A stretch of DNA of 64,000 nucleotides from Candidatus Marinacidobacterales bacterium (GCA_965224085.1 CBDCYI010000005.1:928001-992000), one strand, 5' to 3'. Shown: positions 51,385 through 61,878, counted from the stretch's first letter. Numbers and translations: made by a program. The notes: generated by a model not told the origin, from the sequence alone.

Positions 51385-52797
51385 ATGACCGATCGAAAAT
51401 TTGTAGGCATGCAGCTTGGCCCCGTCAGTTTCGTCGACGAAGGCGTGGACGCGGTGCTCGATACACTCGCCGAGCGTGTCGGCGTCAACGTGCTCTTCAT
51501 CGGAACCGTGAGCTGGCTCGGGCTCAAGATCGGCCGGAGCATTTCGTGGGAGCTCGACGGCTGGCCCGACCACGGTGTCGCCGAGCCCGCCGAAGTCGCG
51601 GGTGGTTCGTATTTGACACCTCGACCCGAGCTCTACGACAACACACTTATCCGAAACTTTCGCGCGCCCGACGCCGGGATGAGGGACAAAGACATCTTGG
51701 AGATAGTCATTCCGGGTGCGCGGAAACGTGGCATGAAGGTAATGCCCGAGCTCATGGAGCCTCTCTTCAAATATGCGGGGCATGGCTCGGCGAAGGGGGT
51801 ACCCATCCCCAACTTGCCTCAATGCCTGGAGGTGGATCATCTCGGGCGAATCGGCCCTGAGCCGTGCCTCGAAAATCCCGACTATCGAAACTTCTGGCAT
51901 GCCCTCATTGAGGACCACTGTCGTAACTATGACATCGACGGCATCATGTGGTGCAACGAGCGAAGTAGCCCTCTCGACCAACTCGTATCGGGAACGGCGC
52001 CGACTTGCTTCTGTCAATTCTGTATCGAGAGCTTCCAGTCCTACGGCATCGACGTCGAGCGCGCCCGCACGGCCTCGGGAAAGCTTTATGCGTTCTTTCA
52101 AGCGGCGCGGGCGGGCGAACGCTTCGTCGACGGCACGTTTATCGAATTTCTCCGAGCGCTTCTGCAGCATCCAGAGATCCTGCTCCTGGAGCGTCACTGG
52201 GTGCGGCGCAACAAAGATCTCGACCGTGAACTCTACGGCATCACGAAATGGTGCAAGCCGGATCTCGAGTTCGGCCTCAACGTCTGGAACCGGAATCACT
52301 TCAACCCCATTCGAAAGGCCGAATATCCGTGGGCGGAAGCGGTTGACTACGCCGATTGGGTGAAGCCCATCACCTATCAACACCAATCGGGGCAAATCTA
52401 CGTGAAGGAGATGACCGCGTTCCACGAGACGCTGCTGCAGGACGCCACGCCCGAGGAGTGGAACCCAATCCTCTGCGAGATCCTCGGTCTCGAAGAGGCA
52501 GCCTGGGGCGAGCTCATAGAAAAAGGCATGGGGGCTAGAACCTATGTCGGCGGGCAGTGCCGCGACGCAGTCCAAGCCCTAGACGGGAAGCTCCCTGTCT
52601 ACATGGGCGTAGGCGTGGACGCGCCGCGTGTGAGCCCCGAGCAAGCCAAGTGCACGCCTGAGATCGTACACGAGAGCGTTCTCGCTACTTACGCCGCGGG
52701 CGGTGCCGGTGTCATCTTTTCTCCGAACTATGCAAGCATGAAACTCAGCAATTTGGACGGCGCCGCCCGTGCGCTCGAGGAGCTGGGTCTCAAGTGA
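51385..52797 (+). CDS. Uncharacterised glycoside-hydrolase-like (TIM barrel) protein
   Basis: PCLENPDYRNF, YDIDGIMWCNE, CFCQFC; AGGAG RBS; family call is tentative. Confidence 0.55.
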   Translation: MTDRKFVGMQLGPVSFVDEGVDAVLDTLAERVGVNVLFIGTVSWLGLKIGRSISWELDGWPDHGVAEPAEVAGGSYLTPRPELYDNTLIRNFRAPDAGMRDKDILEIVIPGARKRGMKVMPELMEPLFKYAGHGSAKGVPIPNLPQCLEVDHLGRIGPEPCLENPDYRNFWHALIEDHCRNYDIDGIMWCNERSSPLDQLVSGTAPTCFCQFCIESFQSYGIDVERARTASGKLYAFFQAARAGERFVDGTFIEFLRALLQHPEILLLERHWVRRNKDLDRELYGITKWCKPDLEFGLNVWNRNHFNPIRKAEYPWAEAVDYADWVKPITYQHQSGQIYVKEMTAFHETLLQDATPEEWNPILCEILGLEEAAWGELIEKGMGARTYVGGQCRDAVQALDGKLPVYMGVGVDAPRVSPEQAKCTPEIVHESVLATYAAGGAGVIFSPNYASMKLSNLDGAARALEELGLK

Positions 52798-52839
52798 CGT
52801 GATTCTCCAGAAATCCGAAACAACGAAAGGAGTTCAAGA

Positions 52840-54078
52840 ATGCCCGAAGCGCCCGCATGGAAATTTCAACCGCTGCTCCAGGAGCTCGCGGTCAAAAAAC
52901 CTCTGACCGCCATCCTCACCGGAAGGGTGATTACCGCGGTCGGCAACGAAGTCATCGAAGACGGCTATGTCGAGATTCGAGACGGCATCATCGAGGACGT
53001 CGGCACCGACGCCAATGCACGCCTGGCCAAGGGCACGAACGAGCACGAAGTGATTGAAACGCCGGGGACGATTCTCCCCGGCATCATCAACTCGCACGCT
53101 CACCTTGGCTGGGACGGCATCCACGACCTCGCTCATCAAGCCCTTCACGATCCGCCGGAAATCAGCGCCTACAAATGCGCCGCCAACATGCTCGCGAGCT
53201 TGAAGTCGGGAACGACAACGGTACGCGATCTCGGGATGAACAAGAGCGGCTATTTCGCGAAGCAAGCTGTCGAGCAAGGCATCTTTCCCGGCCCGCGCCT
53301 TCTCATCTGCGGCGAGGCCATCACCCAGACCGGCGGCCACACCTATTGGTGCTGCCGCGAGGCGTCCGGCCGGGACGAGATGCGTCGCGCGGTGCGCGAG
53401 CAAGTGATGCACGGCGCAGACCTCATCAAGATCATGACATGCCACGACAATCTAGAGCTCACCGACGCGGAGTTCGAAGCCGTCATCGACGAGGCGCATC
53501 AACACAAACGTCCCATCACAGCGCATGCGACCTTCGACGCCGCCATCGCCCGCTCCGCCAAATTCGGCATCGACGTCATCGAGCACGGCGGCGCCATGTC
53601 CGACGAGACCATCACGCTTCTTCTCGAAAAAGACATCCCTATCGTTACGACCTTCTCGCCGCTCGTGATGCAATCGGTCTCCGAAGTGGCACGGAAGTAC
53701 AACATCCCAGAGTGGAAAATCAAAGAGCGTCAGAAAGCGGTGGCCGACAAGAGCCGCTTCGACGGCATGGTACGCGCCGCAAAAGCGGGTGTCCGCATCG
53801 TCTTCGGGACCGACTCGGGAAGCCCGGTCGTCCGCCACGGCACCGTCGTGCCGGAGCTCGAGTTCATGGTGCAGATGGGCGTCGTAGGGGACAACCACGC
53901 GGCAATCATGGCAGCGACCCGAGACGCCGCGAAGATGAACAAGCTCGATGAAAAAATAGGGACACTCGAGAAGGGGAAAGAAGCCGATATCATCACGGTT
54001 GACGGGAACCCACTCGAGGATCTGAAGGCGCTTGGCGCCGTGACGCTGACGCTCCTACGGGGCGGTCGGCCGTTTTGA
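52840..54078 (+). CDS. Metal-dependent amidohydrolase
   Basis: PGIINSHAH, GTTTVRDLG, IKIM, AHA, IEHG, FGTD. Confidence 0.92.
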   Translation: MPEAPAWKFQPLLQELAVKKPLTAILTGRVITAVGNEVIEDGYVEIRDGIIEDVGTDANARLAKGTNEHEVIETPGTILPGIINSHAHLGWDGIHDLAHQALHDPPEISAYKCAANMLASLKSGTTTVRDLGMNKSGYFAKQAVEQGIFPGPRLLICGEAITQTGGHTYWCCREASGRDEMRRAVREQVMHGADLIKIMTCHDNLELTDAEFEAVIDEAHQHKRPITAHATFDAAIARSAKFGIDVIEHGGAMSDETITLLLEKDIPIVTTFSPLVMQSVSEVARKYNIPEWKIKERQKAVADKSRFDGMVRAAKAGVRIVFGTDSGSPVVRHGTVVPELEFMVQMGVVGDNHAAIMAATRDAAKMNKLDEKIGTLEKGKEADIITVDGNPLEDLKALGAVTLTLLRGGRPF

Positions 54079-54106
54079 GCTTCGTGGATCAAGAAGATAC
54101 AAAGCT

Positions 54107-55261
54107 ATGACGCTTCTCGCTAAGCGTGCTGTTGCGGTGAAGGCCAGTATTCGGACTCGTATGCTCGAGCTGGCGGCTGGGCTCGATGACATCATTCCTC
54201 TTGGTCGTGGCGACCCGGATTTTGATACACCCCGGGAGATCGTCGACGAAGGCGTCCGCGCACTCAACGAAGGGTTTCATCACTACACAATGCCAGCGGG
54301 CTCCGTCGAGCTGCGTGAAGCGATCTGTGAGAAGTTGCGGCGGGAGAACGGTCTCGACTACTCCGCCGGTCAAGTCATTGTCACGAACGGCTGTCAGGAG
54401 GCTCTTTTTATCTCCATCATGTGTCTCGTCGATCCCGGTGACGAAGTCCTCCTGCAGGCGCCGCGGTTCAACGCGTTCGACTATATGGTGAGTCTGGCGG
54501 GTGGTGAGGTCGTGTCGGTACCGACGACGGAAGAGAACGATTTCGCGCTCAAAGCGGCGGACATCGAGCGTGCTTTGACCGAGAAAACGAAGCTTCTTGT
54601 TGTTGCCAATCCCAATAATCCGACGGGGGCGTTGACCGAGAAGAAAGACTTGGCCGAGATCGCTGCACTCGCGGTCGAGCGCGATCTTCTCGTTTTGTCG
54701 GACGAGATTTACGAGAAGATTCTTTTCGACGGCCGGGAATATACGAGCCTCGCAGTGTTCGACGGGCTCTATGAGCGCACGGTGACGATCAACGGGTTCT
54801 CGAAGGCTTATGCCATGACTGGCTGGCGCGTTGGCTATCTGGCCGGTCCCGATTGGCTGATGGAGCCCGCCATCGAGGTGAAGCAAACGCTCAGCATCTG
54901 TACGCCGCCGGCACTTCAGCAGGGTGCGCTCGCGGCGCTCCGGATTGGGGCAAACGCGCAGCGCGCCATGGCAGAGGAGTACCAAGAGAGACGCGACATC
55001 ATCTTGAAGCGGCTCGACGGGCTCGGCATCAGCTACGGCTATCCGGGCGGTGGCATGTATGTCTACGCGAATGTCTCGAGCACGGGTCTCGACGCCGAGA
55101 CGTTTTGCTACGAGCTTTTGTGGCGGGAGCAGGTCATGATTTTTCCCGGTACGCTCTTCGCGGATGACACCAACCAACACGTACGCATCACGCTACTCTC
55201 GCCCAAAGACAAGATCGAACAGGCGCTCGACCGGCTCGCGAGATTCATCGAAAACCTATAG
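54107..55261 (+). CDS. PLP-dependent aminotransferase class I/II
   Basis: GDPDFDTP, NPNNPTG, SDEIY, SKAYAMTGWRVG. Confidence 0.93.
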   Translation: MTLLAKRAVAVKASIRTRMLELAAGLDDIIPLGRGDPDFDTPREIVDEGVRALNEGFHHYTMPAGSVELREAICEKLRRENGLDYSAGQVIVTNGCQEALFISIMCLVDPGDEVLLQAPRFNAFDYMVSLAGGEVVSVPTTEENDFALKAADIERALTEKTKLLVVANPNNPTGALTEKKDLAEIAALAVERDLLVLSDEIYEKILFDGREYTSLAVFDGLYERTVTINGFSKAYAMTGWRVGYLAGPDWLMEPAIEVKQTLSICTPPALQQGALAALRIGANAQRAMAEEYQERRDIILKRLDGLGISYGYPGGGMYVYANVSSTGLDAETFCYELLWREQVMIFPGTLFADDTNQHVRITLLSPKDKIEQALDRLARFIENL

Positions 55262-55270
55262 CGCGTTGCC

Positions 55271-56341
55271 ATGGCGATCGAAGGCGAGGTACGCGTCGTG
55301 CTCGTCGGAGCCGGCGTGCGCGGGCGGGTGTGGGCAGCCGTTTGCGCGGAAGCGCCGGGCGTCGCTCTCGTCGGGGTCGTCGACCGGGATCCGTCGACGG
55401 CAGAGTCCGTTTCCGAAGAATTGGCCTCTTACAAGGATGTCGCCTCAGCTCTCGAAGAGTGCCGACCTGACGCGGTCATCATCGCGACGCCGCCCGAGAC
55501 CCACTACGCGATCGGCAAGGCCGCGCTGACCGCGGGCAAGCACGTCCTTTGCGAGAAGCCTCTCTCCGAGGACATGGACGAGGTCGTCGATCTCGTCACC
55601 ACTGCCGAGGCACACGGCGTTCAGCTCCTCGTGGGGATGAACTTCCGCTACTTATCCACCTCGCAGCGCATCCGGCACTATGTGCAGAGCGGCGAGCTCG
55701 GCGTTTTGAGCTACGCGCAGTTTTCCTATGTGCGACACCGAAACGGCCGGCGTGTGGATCTCAACGACTATCCCCTCTCGATGCGCTACCCCATGCTCTT
55801 CGAGCAAAGCATCCATCACTTCGACTTGTTGCGCTATTGCTACGGCCTCGAAGTGGAGTCTCTTGTCGCGGATTCTTTCCGGCCGGCATGGAGCAGCTAC
55901 GAGAACGATTGCTGCGTCTCCGTCTTGTTTCGCTTCGAGTCTGGTGTACGCGTCAACTACCAAGGCACGTGGACTGCGGCCTGGAACAAGATGAGCTTCG
56001 ACTGGCGCAGCGAGTTTGCTTCAGGTGTTCTCGTGCAGCGCTCGCAATTCGACGATCTCGTACGCGTCGACTTCGATCCTGGGCTCGGCCTTTCGGGGCG
56101 GCGCTTCAAGTCGGCGGAAGAATCCGAGAAGCAGCAGGCCGTAGATCTTCCGCCCTGCGTCCCGTTTGTCGATGACACGCGGCTTCTTCTTCAAGAGCTC
56201 GTCGGGGCGATTCGCGGGGAGCTCGAGCCCACAACGACGGGGCGCGATCATCTGAAGAGTCTCAGTCTCGTGCAGGCGGCGATCGAGTCCAACGAGTCCG
56301 GACGCTGGGTCACGCCAGGAGTTTCACTGAGACTGAGGTGA
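55271..56341 (+). CDS. Gfo/Idh/MocA oxidoreductase
   Basis: VGAGVRG, ATPP..H, HVLCEKP, IHHFD. Confidence 0.92.
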   Translation: MAIEGEVRVVLVGAGVRGRVWAAVCAEAPGVALVGVVDRDPSTAESVSEELASYKDVASALEECRPDAVIIATPPETHYAIGKAALTAGKHVLCEKPLSEDMDEVVDLVTTAEAHGVQLLVGMNFRYLSTSQRIRHYVQSGELGVLSYAQFSYVRHRNGRRVDLNDYPLSMRYPMLFEQSIHHFDLLRYCYGLEVESLVADSFRPAWSSYENDCCVSVLFRFESGVRVNYQGTWTAAWNKMSFDWRSEFASGVLVQRSQFDDLVRVDFDPGLGLSGRRFKSAEESEKQQAVDLPPCVPFVDDTRLLLQELVGAIRGELEPTTTGRDHLKSLSLVQAAIESNESGRWVTPGVSLRLR

Positions 56342-57342
56342 TGATGAGCTCCGAAGCTCTTGTGCAGGTACGTGGTCTGAAGACCCGTTTTCACACGCGG
56401 CAAGGCGCGGTGCACGCGGTCAATGGTGTCAGCTTTTCGCTCGAGCGTGGAGAAGTGCTGTCTCTCGTTGGCGAGAGCGGCTGCGGTAAGTCGGCCACCG
56501 TGCTCTCACTGCTCCGCCTCCTGCCGTCTCGACAGGCGACGAGCACCGCGGAAGCCATCCAGTACGACGGGCAGGACTTGCTTTCGCTCGACGAAGAGGC
56601 GATGAGGCGCGTTCGCGGCGCAGATATCGGGATGGTGTTTCAGGATCCGCTCACGTCCCTCAACCCGGTCTTGACCATTGGACGCCAGATGACGGAGATC
56701 CTCGAAGTGCATCGCGGGCTCTCTTCGGTCCAAGCTCGAGACAAAGCCGCTGAGCTTCTGCGGGCGGTGGGCATTCCGCGTCCCCAAGAATGCCTCGACG
56801 ACTATCCTCATCAGTTCTCGGGCGGCATGTGTCAGCGCGTGATGATCGCGATGGCGCTTTCTTGCGACCCGGGACTGCTCATCGCGGACGAGCCGACGAC
56901 GGCGCTCGACGTCACCATCCAGGCACAGATTCTCGAGTTGGTCACCGAGCTCCGCGCCTCGCGGGATATGGCGATGATTTGGATCACGCACGACCTTCGC
57001 GTCGTCGCCGATCTCGCCGATTGGGTCGCGGTCATGTATGGCGGCTACATCGTGGAATATGCACGCGTCGGACCGCTATTCGCATCTCCCCAACATCCTT
57101 ACACCGTGGGGCTACTCGCTTCGCTTCCCCAAATCGATGCGGATAAGCAGGAGCGTCTGTCGACGGTCCCGGGACAGCCGCCCAGTATGACGGCGCTTCC
57201 TCGTGGATGTCCTTTCGCGGAGCGCTGTGAGCTCGTGTACGAGAAATGCCGAGAAGAGAACCCGCCGCTCATGAAGCTCGAGGACGACCGACGCGTCGCG
57301 TGCTGGTGGGACATCGAAGGCGGGCGCGAGCGTAGGGCGTAG
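56338..57342 (+). CDS. ABC ATPase (OppD/DppD-like)
   Basis: GESGCGKS, FSGGMCQR, ADEPTTALD. Confidence 0.94.
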   Translation: MMMSSEALVQVRGLKTRFHTRQGAVHAVNGVSFSLERGEVLSLVGESGCGKSATVLSLLRLLPSRQATSTAEAIQYDGQDLLSLDEEAMRRVRGADIGMVFQDPLTSLNPVLTIGRQMTEILEVHRGLSSVQARDKAAELLRAVGIPRPQECLDDYPHQFSGGMCQRVMIAMALSCDPGLLIADEPTTALDVTIQAQILELVTELRASRDMAMIWITHDLRVVADLADWVAVMYGGYIVEYARVGPLFASPQHPYTVGLLASLPQIDADKQERLSTVPGQPPSMTALPRGCPFAERCELVYEKCREENPPLMKLEDDRRVACWWDIEGGRERRA

Positions 57343-57344
57343 CG

Positions 57345-58301
57345 ATGGCAAAGGTGCTGCAAGTCGTTGGGCTCGAAAAGCACTACCCGATCCAGCGCGG
57401 CATCTGGCAGCGGCGGGTCGGTACGGTGCGCGCCGTCGACGGCGTTTCGTTCGAGCTCGAGCAAGGCGAGACGCTCGGCCTCGTCGGAGAAAGCGGGTGC
57501 GGCAAGACCACGCTCGCGCGCACGATCGTAAGGCTGACAGCGCCGACCGCCGGGCAGGTGCTTTTCGACGGAGTGGATGTGCACCGCCTCGACCGCCGCC
57601 CCCTCCGGAAGCTCCGCTCGAAGATGCAAATGATCTTCCAAGATCCTTATTCCTCGCTCAACCCGCGGATGAAGATTGGCGCCTCGATTGGCGAGCCCCT
57701 CGCCGAGCACACGAGCTCGAGCCGGACAGAGCGAGAGGAGCGGATCCGCGAGCTCATGGAGATCGTCGGCCTCGACCCATCTTTCAGCGATCGCTACCCT
57801 CACGAATTTTCCGGCGGCCAACGGCAACGGATCGGTATCGCGCGAGCGCTCGCGCTCAACCCGAACCTGATCGTCTGTGACGAGCCGGTCTCTGCGCTGG
57901 ACGTCTCGATTCAGGGGCAGATCGCGAACCTTTTGAAAGACATCCAGGAGCGGTTCGGTCTTTCCTACCTCTTCATCTCGCACGACTTGGGAATGGTCCG
58001 CCATCTCTGCGACCGTGTCGCGGTGATGTACCTCGGCAAGATTGCGGAGATCGGCTCCGGACAAGATCTCTTTCGAAAGCCCCGCCATCCTTATACGAAG
58101 GCTTTGCTCGCCTCCCTGCCGAGACCCAACCAAAAACGTGCGAGACAGGTGCTCGGAGGCGAGATTCCGTCGCCCGCACAACCCCCGGCGGGATGCCGCT
58201 TCCACACCCGCTGCCCGGAAGTCGAGCCGCAGTGCCGCAGCGAAACGCCTGAGCCCCGCGGCGTCGGTGAGAACCATCAGGCGGCTTGTCATTTGGTCTA
58301 G
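57345..58301 (+). CDS. ABC ATPase (OppF/DppF-like)
   Basis: GESGCGKT, FSGGQRQR, CDEPVSALD, ACHL. Confidence 0.94.
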   Translation: MAKVLQVVGLEKHYPIQRGIWQRRVGTVRAVDGVSFELEQGETLGLVGESGCGKTTLARTIVRLTAPTAGQVLFDGVDVHRLDRRPLRKLRSKMQMIFQDPYSSLNPRMKIGASIGEPLAEHTSSSRTEREERIRELMEIVGLDPSFSDRYPHEFSGGQRQRIGIARALALNPNLIVCDEPVSALDVSIQGQIANLLKDIQERFGLSYLFISHDLGMVRHLCDRVAVMYLGKIAEIGSGQDLFRKPRHPYTKALLASLPRPNQKRARQVLGGEIPSPAQPPAGCRFHTRCPEVEPQCRSETPEPRGVGENHQAACHLV

Positions 58302-58359
58302 AGTGAATGCTGCCCCTGTTGGAATACCTGCCTTGGAGACGCAGACGGGAAGGTTACGA

Positions 58360-58650
58360 CTAGAGCTCCAGCTTGGCTGATTCGACCGCGGCCGCGATAA
58401 CATCAGGCTCAACACCCTGTTGCTTCAAGCTGTCGATGAGCCTCGTAATATCGCTCGCGCCTTCCAAGCGTTCGAGATCTTTTCGAAAGCCCTGTCCGAC
58501 ATAGGCCCGAATCAAGGGTTGATATCCCGAAAACCCGAGCAAAGGCGCGATTCGTTTTAGATCCGCGACCACATCCTCCGGAAACCGGAGACTAATCGTC
58601 TTCATCGGACGATCGCGACGAAGGCGCTCTTGAAGCTTACTCTTCTTCAT
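58360..58650 (-). CDS. CopG/RHH (BrnA-like) antitoxin
   Basis: TISLRFPEDVVADLKRIA...GYQPLIRAYV. Confidence 0.7.
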   Translation of the reverse strand: MKKSKLQERLRRDRPMKTISLRFPEDVVADLKRIAPLLGFSGYQPLIRAYVGQGFRKDLERLEGASDITRLIDSLKQQGVEPDVIAAAVESAKLEL

Positions 58651-58710
58651 ACAGTTTTCGCTGCGTGGCGCTCGCAGCGCGTGCTGAGACGATTCTAAGC
58701 TCATCGCATA
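58637..58710 (-). pseudogene. C-terminal remnant of a BrnT-like toxin
   Basis: DELRIVSARAASATQRKLYEEE* overlaps the antitoxin start. Confidence 0.6.
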
Positions 58711-58978
58711 TACGTTGTCAATACGTTCACGTTGTTGCTTTTTGTTACTATTCGTAACGGACGAGAAAGAAGTTAACCGGGCCTCCTTACGTTCACGCAG
58801 AAACCAGGTTAGAGCCGCTGACAATCTGGTTTCGCCAACGGATCACTGCCCCGCGAATAGGTTGCGGCGCGGGCTAGGTGGGGCTCCTGGAAGCGCCGCA
58901 TGGTGTCGCGCCTTTCTGATGAGGCGCTCTAGGCGCTCGCCGCCGTGTGAGTCTCGCCGCCCAACGCGCTTTCACTCA

Positions 58979-59025
58979 ATTAATCATGGAAATCAGGACT
59001 TGATATACTGATTTTCATGATTAAT
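58979..59025. promoter_or_regulatory. 18-bp-arm inverted repeat upstream of the AAA ATPase gene
   Basis: ATTAATCATGGAAATCAG-11 nt-CTGATTTTCATGATTAAT (17/18). Confidence 0.7.
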
Positions 59026-59035
59026 ACTAAAGAAC

Positions 59036-60190
59036 GTGCTCCCACGACCTCGAGCCCTCGCGCGCGTCGACCGTGCGCTGGAGCTCCATCCCGTGGCCGC
59101 CCTTCTCGGCCCGCGCCAATCTGGGAAAACCACGCTCGCCAGGATGATTGCGGATCGCGAGCCTTGCGAGTTCTTCGATCTGGAAAACCCCGTCGATCGA
59201 GGCCGCCTCTCAGCCCCAATGACCGCGCTCGAAAAGCTGTCCGGGTTAGTCATCGTCGACGAAGTCCAAAGGCAACCAGATTTGTTCGAGCTTGTCCGCG
59301 TGCTCGTGGACCGTCCGAAAAATGCGGCTCGGTTTCTACTGCTCGGCTCTGCTTCTCCTGGAATCGTTCGAGGCGTCTCCGAGTCTCTCGCGGGCCGCAT
59401 CGGCTTCATCGACCTGTCGGGATTCGACCTCCGTGAGACCGGCGACGAAGCCCAAGATCGCCTTTGGGTTCGAGGTGGCTTCCCGCGCTCTTTTCTTGCC
59501 GCGGACGACGCGGCAAGTTTGGTTTGGCGCGAGGATTTCGCGCGTACGTTTCTCGAGCGGGATATTCCTCAGCTCGGAATCACTATTCCGGCTGAAACAC
59601 TGCGCCGGTTCTGGACGATGATCGCTCACTACCACGGCCAGATCTGGAACGCCGCCGAGCTCGCGAGATCGCTGGGCGCTTCCGAGAAAACGGCGCGGAA
59701 CTACCTCGATATTCTCGCGGGCGCTTTTATGGTTCGCGTGCTCCCTCCGTGGTTCGAGAACGTTGGCAAGCGGCAAGTAAAGTCTCCCAAAGTCTATCTC
59801 CGCGACACCGGCATTCTTCACGCGCTTCTCAAAATCGCGACGCTTTCGGAGCTGCAATCGCATCCGAAGATCGGCGCCTCATGGGAAGGTTTCGCGATCG
59901 AGCAGATCGTTGGTCTATTCAACACGAGAGACGCGTACTTTTGGTCGACACATGGCGGCGCGGAGCTCGACTTGCTCGTGATGCTCGGAGGCAAGCGCTA
60001 CGGATTCGAGTTCAAGTATCAAGACGCGCCCCGACGAACGAGGTCGATGCGGATCGCCCTGGAGGATCTCGGGCTTCAAAAGTTGTGGGTCGTCTACCCC
60101 GGTTCGAAGGAGTACGCCTTGCACGACACGATCGATGTGGTACCGCTCACGTCGATCCCGACCCTCGCCGCTGCTCTGGGCGCCTCGTAA
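59036..60190 (+). CDS. AAA ATPase with DUF4143 domain
   Basis: GPRQSGKTT, VDEVQ, LLGSA, GGFP, KSPKVYLRDTG, ELDL...GFEFK. Confidence 0.9.
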   Translation: MLPRPRALARVDRALELHPVAALLGPRQSGKTTLARMIADREPCEFFDLENPVDRGRLSAPMTALEKLSGLVIVDEVQRQPDLFELVRVLVDRPKNAARFLLLGSASPGIVRGVSESLAGRIGFIDLSGFDLRETGDEAQDRLWVRGGFPRSFLAADDAASLVWREDFARTFLERDIPQLGITIPAETLRRFWTMIAHYHGQIWNAAELARSLGASEKTARNYLDILAGAFMVRVLPPWFENVGKRQVKSPKVYLRDTGILHALLKIATLSELQSHPKIGASWEGFAIEQIVGLFNTRDAYFWSTHGGAELDLLVMLGGKRYGFEFKYQDAPRRTRSMRIALEDLGLQKLWVVYPGSKEYALHDTIDVVPLTSIPTLAAALGAS

Positions 60191-60216
60191 GAGCGTCCCT
60201 AGCTGACCTGGGCGCT

Positions 60217-60490
60217 TTACTTTCGAATCAAGGAATACACCGCCGGAGCTTCCTCGCCGTGGTCGAGTCCAGTGAACGTGATCTGGACGCGGTCTTCGTC
60301 TTTGAACACGATCGTAATCTCCCGCGTGTAGTACGCGTCCGGCTCGGAGAGGTTGGTAATGTCTACGAAATCGAAGAATTCGAGCACACCCTTCTTCGGA
60401 TCGTAGCTACTGGCGCGCAGCCTTGGTTGGTTGCCGGCGCCGCAGTAATGAGTGAGCCGAAGCTCGTCCCCGTCCATGTGGTAAACACTC
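60217..60490 (-). pseudogene. 3' fragment of a conserved hypothetical gene
   Basis: VYHMDGDELRLTHYCGAGNQPRL; no clear 5' part. Confidence 0.45.
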
Positions 60491-60608
60491 CCCTGTACTC
60501 TCGGATCCGATAGCTCCGATGATCTCGTAGGGGCCGAGGCGCGTGCCAGCGGTGAGAGACATCGCGAAAACTTAGCGGAATGACATAGAACTTACAACCC
60601 GCGTGGCT

Positions 60609-61816
60609 CTAGCGTGCCAACAAGTGCTCGACCGCTTCCAGGTTTCCGTCGTTGGGCGCGGGATCGAACTCCAGGATGTGCGTAAGAAGGCTATAGACGT
60701 GAATGTTGCTGAAGGGCTCGACCACGACGCCCTTCTTGAAAGCAGGGCCGTGTGCGACGAAAGTAGCCCGCATGTTGGGGAGCGTGTTGTCGTAACCGTG
60801 GGCGCCGCCTGCGACGGGACGCGCGCTTTCACGAGCGCGAATCGTCCATCCGTCGCCGGCGATGGCGAGAATCGGCGGAATGCGGCGATGGTTCCGATAG
60901 TGAAACCGTTCGGGAATCTCCTCCTTCTTGTAAACACTCATGTTGGGGTGGGCGATCGCGAGTGCTGCGTAAACGTCCTTTTCTTCGTCGGGCTGCGGCC
61001 AGAGGAGTGCACCCGAACCCGTGCCCACAACGTTCACGCTCGACAGGTCCATGTAATCGTCGAGGTAGATGACGCGCTCTTCGCTCACGGGCGTCATGCC
61101 GTGATCGGAGCGATGACGATGTGGACGCCATCGAGGAGACCTCTCGCCTCGAGCCCTTCGACCAGCCGGCCCACGTGCCGGTCGGCTTCCTCGGCAGCGG
61201 CGATGGTCTCAGGCCCGCCCGGCATGTGCGCGTGGCCGGCGTTATCGACGTGGCTCATGTAGAGCGTCACGAAGGAAGGCCGCTCCTCGCGAGGAAGATC
61301 GAACCATGCAAGCACGTTGTCCACCCGCGCCTCGTTGGTAACAGAGCCGTCGTAGGGATGCCAATAAGTCCGGCAGGACGCCGCCTATCTCGACGTCGGT
61401 ACCGCCCCAAACACGGCCGCACTGATGCCGCCCTGCCTCTCGACGGTTACCCACAGGGGCTCGCCCTCACCTTGCCAAAAGCGGCTCTCAGAAAACGTCG
61501 CTGGATTCTTGAATCCGAACTCCGCCTCGAGCTCGGGGTCGTAGAAGTTGTTGTCCACGATCCCGTGGTTCTCCGGATAGAGCCCTGTGACGATCGTGTA
61601 GTGATTGGGAAACGTGTTCGCAGGGTAAACGGGCTCCATCAATTCTGCCCGCACGCCGTTCGCGATGAGCCGATCGAGATGCGGCGGTTGCGCGAGATCG
61701 ACATAGTCGGAGCGAAAGCCGTCGATGGAAATGAGGATGACCGTGGGTCCGGCCGGCTCCCGAGCGCAGCCGGCCATCATAGAAATGGCTAGGAGCAAGC
61801 ACCCAAAGCGACGCAT
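60609..61816 (-). pseudogene. Ectonucleotide pyrophosphatase/phosphodiesterase (alkaline phosphatase superfamily) lipoprotein, about 3 frameshifts
   Basis: LISIDGFR, TFPNHYTIVTGLYPENHGIV, DNAGH, DHGM, GAHGYDN spread over several frames. Confidence 0.85.
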
Positions 61817-61878
61817 CGCGAAAGTCTAAGGCCTCGCTCTCAGCAGTCGCAAGTTGTGCTCACGTAGGGTACTGTGAT

